Shown: piece by piece, positions 37,937 through 49,300 of the stretch | How positions within the stretch are numbered: position 1 is the first letter of the stretch | How the letters are laid out: every line of letters starts with the position of its first letter | From: Klebsormidium nitens | Taxonomy: Eukaryota; Plantae; Klebsormidiophyceae | Assembly (NCBI GenBank): GCA_000708835.1 | Contig: DF236964.1 | Coordinates: 124,001-188,000, forward strand | DNA: 64,000 nt | Direction: 5' to 3' | The notes under the pieces: model-generated | What the model was told of the DNA's origin: nothing | Databases searched by the model: none | The model's input: only the letters and a program-made list of their open reading frames with translations | Position numbers and translations under genes: made by a program

Positions 37937-38572
37937 CGCCCGATTGCAACAGCGTTCCTTGGGCAGTGTCCGGTAAGTCGCCTGGTTCCATCCGCTGATA
38001 CGGTTCGTGTTTACGACGAGGCTGCTTTGTTGAGTTTGTTGGGTTTGCTGGTATTTGAGAATACTAGTTAGCTTGTTGAATTTGTTGGGTATTTCAAACG
38101 TTTAATGGTCCTGAAAAGTGGGACGAGTGGAACCCAGCTTGGCCGTACTCTTTCGAGTGAGACTCAGCTGTAGGGTCGGGTTTGCCAAGTCGCTTGGATT
38201 GTCTAAAAGGAGCTTCCGGAGCTTCCAAACGAAAGAGGTTTCAGCACGGGAAACACGATTAGTCAATCCAGCTCTGACCTGATCCAGTAAATCAGGCGAC
38301 CCTTTGTCCAGGATCCATGCAGCCTGGTCGCTCGTTTCAAGCTGCTCTGGAGAGCAAAGGGGAACCCCGGATTTTCCTCCTCTTCGACGTGCCAAGTGAT
38401 GTTGCCGCAACAGTTGAGACCGTTAGAGCTCGGCACGATCATCCAAATCAGCCACAGGTTTGTGCCTTGACGTTGGCTTTCAAGAACGTCACTCTAACAA
38501 TTGCGGCCGCTTTTCCCTCCTGTCAGGCTGCCACATGCCCGCACCAATCGGACACTGAGACGTCGCGCGCAC

Positions 38573-38818
38573 ATGAGGGTGAAAGTCCTTTATTTCGCCC
38601 GGGCCCGAGAGGCCACGGGCTCGACAGAGGAGTCGGCCGAGATTGAAAACGGGACCACAGCAAAGGCTTTGTTGGAGACACTAGTTCGGCGCTTTCCCAA
38701 GTTGCAAGAGATACGGTCGTGCTTGGTCCTGGCAATCAACCAAGAATATGCGGACGGGTCTGCAGTATTGAAGGAAGGTGACGAAGTGGCATTGATACCG
38801 CCGATCAGCGGGGGGTGA
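38573..38818 (+). CDS. CNX7: Molybdopterin synthase sulfur carrier subunit (MOCS2A/MoaD), 81 aa
   Basis: MRVKVLYFARARE..LVLAINQEY..LKEGDEVALIPPISGG* is a ubiquitin-like ThiS/MoaD fold with C-terminal GG. Confidence 0.95.
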   Translation: MRVKVLYFARAREATGSTEESAEIENGTTAKALLETLVRRFPKLQEIRSCLVLAINQEYADGSAVLKEGDEVALIPPISGG

Positions 38819-40352
38819 ATGAGCAGCACGGGGCATGTGAAGCTGCGGGGTTGTAAGGAAAGTGGAATTGCGCAGAAGCCCCGCAGAAGCTGACGGTATC
38901 TGGCTATGAATACGTCCTCACATTCTTTTTACTTCTTTTGAAATATCTGATGGTTTTTGCACAGCGACTGATCGTATGAGCGGCCGGTCTTGTCGGAGGC
39001 ACAAATCTTAGCCGCGCCTCATGCCAGTGGCACAATTGATAAGTTAGTGCACGACATATGCTATCATAAAGCTGCATTGAGTCAACGCGTGTACTTGGTG
39101 AATAGAATGGAATCGTCGGCCATTGGATTCTTATACCAGTCATACGTCGGTGTTACATATTTGGTGACATACTTATATACAACTCATACAACCAGTTAGT
39201 CATATACCCACATCCCGTGCCAGCCGCCCCTTGCTAGTCACGTCGGGGCGAAAATGGGGCAGTTGCGCCGTACGTACCCACGCCGCGCGCTATCGATCTG
39301 CTGCAATGATGGTCTCCTTTCGTTCTCGCCATAGCCAAATAGGCCATAGGCTTCTCATGGCATACATGTATGAGTGTGTGTCTTTTAACTTAAACTGCTT
39401 TCCGGCGGCTCAGTAGCCTCTACCTACCGGCCTACCAGAGGTCCGTACAGTACAGTCCTGAACATGATTATGATCGTGGACATCATCGATCACGATCGAT
39501 CGGTGCGCACTGATGCTCAATTCGGCCAGTTTAATCTCAAGTCAAACGTTGCCAGCCAGCGATCATGTGACGGTCCAAACCGGCCGCGGGCGGCGTACCA
39601 TGGGCTGCAGTGCGCGGCGTCACTTAAAAAGATTTTAATGGATATTGATGATCGTCCCAATGATTGATGAACATGATATCCAATGCATGAACATGTGACG
39701 ATCAAATCATGTGGCTGCATGCCTTCCTTTTTAGCGGATCGGACGGCAAGTGAGAAAGGGTTTGGCCCGAATGCTCATGCAGCCTGGCCGCCACCTGCCG
39801 GGTGATCACCGTCCCTAGCTGTCCAGTTGCATTTGGGGACCACTGGCAGTGCTATGTGGCAATGATGGCCAGCAGTACGCGTCACGAAACTCGTAGTATA
39901 CCCTCGTCCAGGTTCCGGATTCATTGGACTTCATACAGCTTCAATGCGCGTACGGTAACATGATGATGGTATTCCAGTTAGTAATTACTTGCACCAGACT
40001 GAACCAAACAAAAGCTTAATATTGATCAAGTCCATACTCAGTGTCATAAATCCTCAGGGCCTCTTAAGGGAGTCTGTATTTTTTCTGATGATCGCATTGG
40101 GCCCTGCACGATTCATGTCTTAGTACCCGTGGCTAAAGCATTGATACCATTCACTGATCGCACATCTAGTGTAATTTGATATTTAGCCTCTACCACTCAC
40201 TTCTGACTGTCCAACTCGTTCTAGTTTGCTTCAGCTCACAGCCTAATATATACCGTTCCTGATTTTGGCCCTTTTGTTCATATATCGGATGCTTATATGC
40301 GTGCATCCTGGTCCATCCGGGCTTAAATTAGCGAATGAAAGCAACTTTTTGT

Positions 40353-43300
40353 TCACGCCTTAAGCGCTAAGAGTCCCTTCGCCTTCAACTTCTCCTCGAC
40401 CGAAGCTAGCAAGACATCCCATTTGATGGGCTTCGTTAGATAACCATCAAACTTCAGGTCTTGACTAAACTTTTCTTGGGCTAGAACGTCGGCAGACAGA
40501 ACGTAGATTGGCAGGTTGCACTTTGGCGGGTCCAACCGCCTGATCTGCTCAGTGGCCCCGATACCGTCCAACACTGCAACCAAGACAATCCAAGCGAGAG
40601 TCAGCAAGACATTCGACTCAAAGTGAAGTTGGAGACCAGATTTGCACAGCATACAGGACTAAAAACATTTTAGACCTTCTGGTTTCTTGAGTTTGTTCGT
40701 TTTGAGTTTCGAGATTCGTTCTTCTGGTTCCACCGTGGCAGGCCAGGTTGGAGTGCTCTTCGTTGATCCTGATACTTCTTAATAGGGAGCTTCATTGAAT
40801 GCAGCGAACCCTGAACGGACTTAAAAACGTGATTTCTTTCTCAGTTTTCTTATCTTCTTGTTCAGCGATTTTTCTTGTTTTCATATTCTCTATGTTCAGA
40901 TTGAGAAAAAAATGCCCACCTGGCATCTGCAGGTCCATTAAGCAGAGCGCGTAGTCGTTGGTTTTCACAGCTTCCACTGCGAGCGCTCCGTTGCCAACTA
41001 TGTCGACACTATGGCCAAACTGCTTCAACATTCTCTGCAAACATGAAGGAAACGGTCAGTCTCACGCAAAGCCTGCGAATCCTTCGAGAAAGTCGTCTTT
41101 TGTCGCAACTTGCCTTGCGAACCCATGGCGAATTCATGAAACGGCCTCCGCAGAGATCCGAAGAAAAGCAGGAGTGCCTTGGCCGGTAAGAAAGGAGAGG
41201 CAAGCTATTGCCCGCTATGCTGCGTATCGACAATGGCCGCTTTTGCAGAAATCAACCTTGATTGTCAGATTTGTCCGCACCAATTCAAATGTCCGAAAGA
41301 CATTCCATTGACAACAGCTTTTGCATGTGTCAAAGTAATCTGCTTTTGAATGCCGGAAAGACCATGACAAGTAATTCTTAACGCTTTTGAGGTTCATCAC
41401 GGGGCGACCGAGCGATGCGCTTCAATACTGAAGCGTTCCTCAGCAGATGGAGTCACTCGTAAGCGTAAAATCCTGGCTTTCCTTAACAAACACAATCAAT
41501 GAATCAGAGCTCCCGCGAACACCAAGAGTGGGACATCTACGATCGCAAGATTCACTCGTCAGACATGTGCAGTTGCCAGATGGATTTAGGGCAAGCCAAG
41601 CAGGTTGATGGGCTGACGTCAGGCTTCGGTCACTCACCTTTATCAACATCTGGTTCACAACGTTGTCCTCGGCAACTAGAATGTGCGCCGCCGGTTCGAT
41701 ATCCTGGTAGAGAGAGGGGCGTGCGTTTGGGGCGTAATTGATGCGCCGAAAGAGGTGACGATCTCTTCGAACGGGAGCATGTTTAAGGTGTAGGATAACA
41801 GAGAAGAAATGTTCGACAAAAAGCAGTGCGTCGATCCTCTTGGTCTTTGTGGACTGGGCCATCAGAAAGGCAGATGAACACCTAAAACGAAGATGATGAA
41901 GTTGAGACAACGTGGACCAGGTGAGACGACAGGAAGGGACAGTCGCTGAACCAAACAAGACATCGGCGCAAGAATGTAGAGTTTCTCGATGATACACTGT
42001 CCTAAAAGTGCAAAACACAGTTCCTTCAAGCGCGCACATTCTTCCAGAAGTTTGACTACCGTGTACAAAGTGTGGACTCGAATCCAATTACGCTGAGAAG
42101 ATGGACTTCATTCAATACGCTATCTACGTCTTGTGAAGACGAGATTCCCCCTTTTCACGACCATTGCTTACCTTCGTTGCCTCCTTCGTAAGGGGCCAAA
42201 TCTTCGGGGCGCTTTGGCGTTCTGGAGGGCTGTCACCGTACACGACAGGCGCTTCCTCGGAACGCCTACCCACTCTGCTTTCGCTCCCGCTCATCTCCCC
42301 CGCGCCTCTAAGGCAGGTCACTGACCCTGGTTCATTTTGACTGGTTGATCCACCCAAGAATTCCGGCCCCTGCTCCAGACTTGACGTAACCCCCGAAAGG
42401 TTGCGTTCGGAAAGGCCCCCACTGACTGTTCCATTAACCGTGTTCCTATCTGACGTTTCTAAGAGGGACTCCGGTTGACTGTGACTGTAGTTCCCTGCGG
42501 TTTGGGAAGGCGGTACCGTTGTAGAATCGGGATGACTGGTGCCCACTTGGGGCTGTGCTTCGGGTACCGTTTCTGTCAAAGAGTGGTCGGATGGACTCGG
42601 GTCGGGTTGACTGGCGGCTTCGGAAAGGGAAATGAGCTGACTCGTCAACTCGCTCAACCGGTTTGAGTGCCGACCGTCGCTCGGTTGGAGCTCGACCACC
42701 GAGGGAGTGCCCGGTTGTTGTGGCCGCAGGTAGACTGCAAGGGGAGAGTGTTACTTCAGTCGCTTCCAAGTAATGAAACCCCAAGAAGAGAAGACCATAC
42801 GCTGAGAGAGAAGACCCATAGGACTGAATCACCTGGGAAACTTGGGCCCATAAGAAGTCACGAAGCCATCCATTGATAGTGATTGCGCTTTGAGCAAAAT
42901 TCCCGCCCGTAATATGGGAGACGCCCTGAGGGGTGACTGCTCCCCACACATCTGATTGAAGTTTCCAGCTGAAACTCAAGATACACCAAATCGCGCTTCA
43001 CGATGAATCTATACCTGCTGGCAGAATGGAAGGCAAGGGGTGCTGCTTCAGTGCGCTTCCCGGTATTTAGATATGAGAAGTAAACAAACTAACCTACATA
43101 GAACCTGGACCTGTGAAGAGCAGTCGCAGAACGGACACGTAATACTGCTACAACGCGTCTTGAAAAGGGCAACATGGGACTAGATCAGAAGCGGTGACAA
43201 AGAGTAACTGAGCGCAAACTTGAAGGGGTTGTCGCCGTTACGCACAGTTATCATTACCACCAATGTCAGGCTTTTTGAACAGGACGTTTTGCGACCATCA

Positions 43301-46300
43301 AAGGTTGGACTCTGACACCCAGAGCTTCACATGCATTTCTTTAGAAACGGTCTTACGCCTTTACCACAACAGCACCCCTGGCATTGCAGGGACCCATCAG
43401 AGCGTCGAGTAGAAACGAAGACCCAGAAACCTCTACGACGCTTACCAACACACGTAAAGGTGGACCCCTCCCCAACCTGGCTCTGTACGCTTATAGAGCC
43501 CCCCATGGCAGTCACCAGCTTTTTGCAGATGACCAGACCGAGACCCGTCCCGCCAAACCTGCAAGAACACACGAAAAGGGGATCGATAACCGAATGGATG
43601 CAATCATCGAGCAGTGTTTTTAATCTGATGAACAAGCAGAGGAGCGGCGTTGCGGCGAATACTCACGAACGCGCGGGGCTGATGTCCGTTTTCGAAAGCA
43701 TTTCCTCGAAACGCGCTGATAACTTTACAATCTGAACGCCCGAGGATTCGGTCTCCGATACGCGCAATGGGTCGTTAACACAATTGACCGGAAAGGAACC
43801 GAGCGACCCTCAATCCTTAAAAACGTCGTCTTAGATTCGTCAACACCTGGAATACCTGTAATCATATGAATGGAAGAAACCTTGCGACAGTAGAACGCTG
43901 AACGGTGTTGAGAGGAAAAACGAAGATAAAGACAACACGCCTCGCATGCGGGCTGTGCGGTCGTCCGCCTGCACAAACGACTGGAAGAGCCGTTGCTGGC
44001 CCTCGTCCGTAACACGAGCTCGATGTTTTAAGATATAAAGCCCGGTGTCTAAAATATGAAAACCTCAATCCTGAAACCTAACGCTCTGAAGACCCTCGGT
44101 AAAAGCCTCACATGCGGGTCGTGCTGTCGTCAGCCTGCACGAACGACTGAAAGAGCTGTTGCTGGACCTCCTCCATAACGCTGAGCCCGATGTCTACAAT
44201 GCGGCTTCCAAGGAACCCTCAGTCATGAAACAATAACGTCCTGAAAAGCCTCACATCCGGGTCGTGCTGTCGTCAGCCTGCACGAACGACTGGAAGAGCC
44301 GTTGCTGGACCTCCTCCGTAACGCTGAGCCCGATGTCTACAATGCGGCTTCCAAGGAACCCTCAGTAATGAAACAATAACGTCCTGAAAAGCCTCACATG
44401 CGGGTCGTGCTGTCGTCAGCCTGCACGAACGACTGAAAGAGCCGTTGCTGGACCTCCTCCGTGATCCCCAGCCCCGTGTCCGTGACGCTGAACTCGTACC
44501 ACAGCCCGTCCGAATCCTGACCGCTCTCGCTGCTGCGAGGGGAACCAAGGGACCCGGCGGGGGCGTCCGACATCTTGCTGCCGTTCGAAGCGTCCGAACT
44601 GACCCGGGAAAGAGTTTGGACTCGGCGCCTCTGCAGAAACATATGACAAGACATTGGTAAGGCTTCTGCTTTAGGAAAGCACAGGTGACCATGACGCTGC
44701 TAAGAATGGAGCCCTGAGAACCGGCGGGGATGTCCAAAGTTTTGCCCGCCGTCCGAAGCGTCCAAACGGGCGCTCTGCAGAAGGAGATGGAAACCCTTGA
44801 GGAAAGTGCAAAATTGCCGAGCTGCTGCTACGAATGGAGCCCTGAAACGGTTCGAACCTTTCGCACCGTCCGAAGCGTCCGAACTCACCCGAGAGAGAAC
44901 TTTGAACTCGGCGCCTCTGCAGAGTGAGATGGTAAAAGGGTTTGAGAAAGCGCAACAGCACCGTGTTGCTGCTAAGAATGGAGCCCTGAGCATCCCAACC
45001 TTGTAGCCGTGAAAAGAAACAGGCAGAGTCGCTCCGAAGAGGCGTGAAAAGCAGTGCTTACGCGTAAGGCGCTCGGCAAGCAACCGACCGGCCGCTCGTC
45101 CTCCTCGATTTTGTCGGCCGGCTCGTCGATGTCGACCGCCACGTCAGCACGGAACGAGGAAAAGGAGGACGGGTGTCCCCCTCCATAGTTCTGCGGAGGA
45201 AGGCGTCTTTCTTAGCGCGCATCATGATGCCGGAAGGAGTGACTCTTTATGAATGAGCGTCACGTGGTTGTAATATGTATATACTCTAAGCTTTGCAGAG
45301 TCGTAGAGCTTTGCAGTCCCAAAGAAAGGCAACTCTCGTATTTGCGCCGTGGGAAACAGCAAGGGATAGAGGCGTCGCCACCCAACGGGTGTGCAGCGAG
45401 CCGGAAAACCGTCCTAACAAGCAGAAACACCGAGGAACAAATGAACACTCACAAGGTGTGCTCCATGAAGGCGCCGCCAATTGATGCTGATGCTGCCTCG
45501 GTCGGTGAACTTGATGGCGTTCGAAATGAGGTTTGTCAGCACCTGTTGAAGCCTGCACGACGGCATGGAAGGGGTCTTAAGACTCTAGCTTCAAGGGCTC
45601 CCGACTTAAGCAGCGGATCATCCGTATCGTGTGATTTTGCAAGATAAAGAGCCTCCTCTACAGGGCCTCGGGGGTATCACGTGTCAGGATATTTCCAGGA
45701 TAATTTTCCGATTAGGAGAGACGAGTAAGACAAGACGAGGAGAAGAGCAACTCATACGTCGAATCCACTGCACGATGCAGACACACAGTATGGCGCGCAT
45801 GTTAGAAGCAAAAATCAAAACTAAGCTTCTCTGACTCAATGAGTGGATCGTCCAGCTGACATGAAAACGCAACGAGAGCAAACCCTCACCTAAGGGGATC
45901 CCCTCGGGCCTTACAATCATTGGGGGGCGGCAGATTCGTGTGTATTTGGAGCCCCTTCTCCTGCAGCTTGCCGGAGAAGAGCGTCGTGACCTGCTGCACG
46001 ACGTCCCTGATGTCGAAGTCAATCTCCTCCAGCCGCAGCTGGCCCGCTTCGATCTGGGACATCGAACAAGAGCGTGAGCAGGTTGAGATGCGGAGCTGCG
46101 TCGAAAGCTCCTAGCCCTTAACTACAAGCTCTCAATAAACTATAATAATGATAATAATAATAAACAATAATAAAAATAAACTGGTAGGTTGCTTAGGCCC
46201 GTGTTTGACACCAAAGCTTGTCTCCTCGCTGTAAGGAAATATCTTCCTGCCTGGAAACGCTGGGAATCGGATACGCAAGCACGGAACAACACTGCAACAT

Positions 46301-49300
46301 GATCGCCGGTGTTTGGGCGCTCATTGGAGCATGACAGGGATAAGCATGGCATGCTGGCGTGAAGAAAGTGTCATAAAAGACCACCCCACAGTTCAGCCAC
46401 GCAGACCCCTAAGACAGACTTTCTTGTTCGGGTCTATGTGCAGTTTCTCACTTTGGAAAAGTCGAGGATGTCGTTGAGACACGCTAGGAGCGACTCCGCA
46501 GAGCCTTGCATCGTGGTCACGTATAGAGACTGTTCCTCAGTCATTGGCGTAAGTCTGAGGAGGTCCAGCATTCCCAATGTACCCTGCATAGCAAAGTTGC
46601 AATGTTTCGGTACTCTTTCAAGCTGCTTCTTTGTTGCTATGACGATCCATCTTTCTGGCTCCCTTCGAGGTATCTCACTCGTTCTTGGAATCCAAGAACA
46701 GTCGATGCCATGGAAACTGTTGCTTTTGTATTGCGATTTGACAGTCCAAGAGCAATCAGGGTCGCGGTGCCATTGAGCTTGAATTCTCCTTTCATGTACA
46801 TGCTCAACCTTTTTATTCTGCTTCGCATACTTTCCAGGATGGCAATGTGTCTGCGCAGATCGTCCGCTCCTGTCAGAATTGGAAACGGCTTCGAAGGAGC
46901 AGCTCGCCATGCTTACCGTCATTGGCGTTCGGAGTTCGTGTGACATCATTGCAAGGAAGCTCGACTTTGCCTGCAGCGGAAGTGACGTCATATGGTCAAC
47001 CGGCGGGTCTGACGGGACGTTCCAAGCCCTGCAGCCAGTTGTCTAAGGAAGGAACCGCAGACACAGCGAAATAATGGACGCGAGCACTAAAAAGTGCTGT
47101 CGGTTGTTCAATGCTCAGTGCTCAAGAGCGGGTAATTTACCTAGATAAAGTCAAGGCAAGCAAAATCACTAGAACCGCTCTCTTGGACTCGAGGAAGGTC
47201 CGAAGCTGACGCACAGCAAATCCGCAGCCAACAGACCATTGTACTTAAACATGCAATTCTACGCGGAAATTCCTTTCCCTTCCAATCAGGAAGCAAATTA
47301 CAGGATAACTCTCGGAAAAGAAGGTCCTGCATTGGTTGAAACAAAAGTTTGATGACGAACAAAAGAGCCGGCATGCTCGTCTCACCTTGTCTGCCGATAC
47401 TGCAGTCTGGCGGGCGACGTCCAGATCCTTGTTCAGCTTCTCTACTCTTTGCACTTCCTCCTGAACAACGAAAGAGTCGCCGCATTAGAAACCCGGGACA
47501 TGTTGGTCGTTGCCAGAGCAAAAATCTGGCCCCCTGCAGACCTTCTCACAATCCGCCACTGAACCAGCGGGCAAATATCTAGTTGATAACAGACACTTAG
47601 TAAAGTAAAGAGCGCAGATCGATGATACGCTTCCCAAGCTCTGTACGCTCCCATCATTCATGCACTTGAAAACCAAAAAGTAACGAATAAAAAAAATGCT
47701 GTAACCCAGCTCTCTCGAATCCTTGCGTCCTTCAATGCTCTCACATTTTAATAACACGAGAGCTCTGCGCTCAGAGTAAACATCGAACCCCGTGTGATCA
47801 GGTCTTTGCAAATGTTAGACAATCCAGCGACCCCGTCCGTGCACGTTCTGCAAGATCTATCAGCTGCAGATAATTTCGTCTGGAATCACGAGTGGACACA
47901 TGGGATGATAAGCGCACGACCCAACAGGAAAACTCGCCCTGTCTCGTTGGAAGCGGCGGGTAACAAGAAGGATAGTCAGCGCCACCAAGGTAACGAACAA
48001 GAGGACTAAGCAGCTCCAGGGCAGCGAGTCGGCCAGCAGATCGCCGACGCTGACGAACTGCTCGCACTCTATCCTGCAACCGCAGCAAATGCAGATCCAC
48101 ACTCAGTAGAGAGCGGGGAAGCCTGCAATCTACTGCCGATCGAGTCAGGATGTCGGCGGTGCCCTAGTCTGCAATCTAAGCTCGCTGACCATCGGTTGTG
48201 CGAGGCACAAGCGTGCCCGTTCGACGATGTGTGTGAGTGCAGGAAGGCTCATTTGCGCTGTTGAAAGCATGACATGAAACGTGGAATGTCGCACAGGTTA
48301 AGCCTGGCTTTGAGGTTTCGATACACAAAAACTTCATCTACCAACACCCTAAAGCTCCTCGTGATCCGGGATCCTGTGGCACCGATGCGCACCGCGCAGC
48401 AGACATCCGAAAACGGACCTGTACATTCGCCCTCCCAATGCCTGGCTTCTCACTGCGCTGATCTTTTTGCCGTGGCGACGCTCCTCAGGGGTCAACTTTG
48501 TGACGTTGTAAAACAGAGTTCCCCCACGCTTAGGATCTGCACAAGAGAGGAAGGACTTGGATGTGTCAGCGGCAAGAGAAGGCGCAGGTTGAAGAAGTTC
48601 AAGCATGCTTCGAATGAAGCTATTTTCTTCTCGATTCAAGAAGGCTAGGGGGGATTGACCCCGTCTGCTTGGTAGAATCCTTCGCCAGATAATCGACCCA
48701 AATTGGACAAAAAAGCAGCCCCATAGCCAACAAAAGATGGCGAACCCCGTTCCACTCCCCTTTAGGGGAGGCGAGGCCCGAGATGCTCGGGGCGGAATTC
48801 TGAGGAGACAAGAGGAGCACGAGCAAGGAGAAGAGGCCCGAGACCGTCCGAGAAAGGGTGAAGCTTTACAAGTTTGAACCGAAAAGAGCGCACTCCTGCT
48901 GAGTGAAGCAAAATATGCTTCAGCAGAGAATCTACAAACATTTAGAAAGGGGCCACAACGTCGCTCCCACATGGCAAGCTTGAGAAGCATTTCACAAAGA
49001 AAGCATCTTCCAGATATGCGCCAACGTAATCCTGCGCACCTGATAGACCGTGGTCACAGAGCTGCAAAAGTAATATGCAACAAGAAAGTACCCTGCTTTG
49101 AAATTATGTTTTTCTTTCCAAAACGATGGTCTACGGTGCATGGATCCGGAGGTAACCATACGTGTGTGTCAGTGGCTCTTCATGAGGACCCTGTCCAAAC
49201 ACGCTGCCTGATCCCAAAGGCGTCCTGTTTCCACAATTTGTATGCGACATTTGATAACATTTCGACGGCAGTTACGGTCCTCAGAAAGGTACCCTCAGAG

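Noticed and set aside
45062-45190. Apparent phase break in the kinase exon
   Set aside because: The exon is 129 nt once the G run is counted correctly, so the frame is intact.
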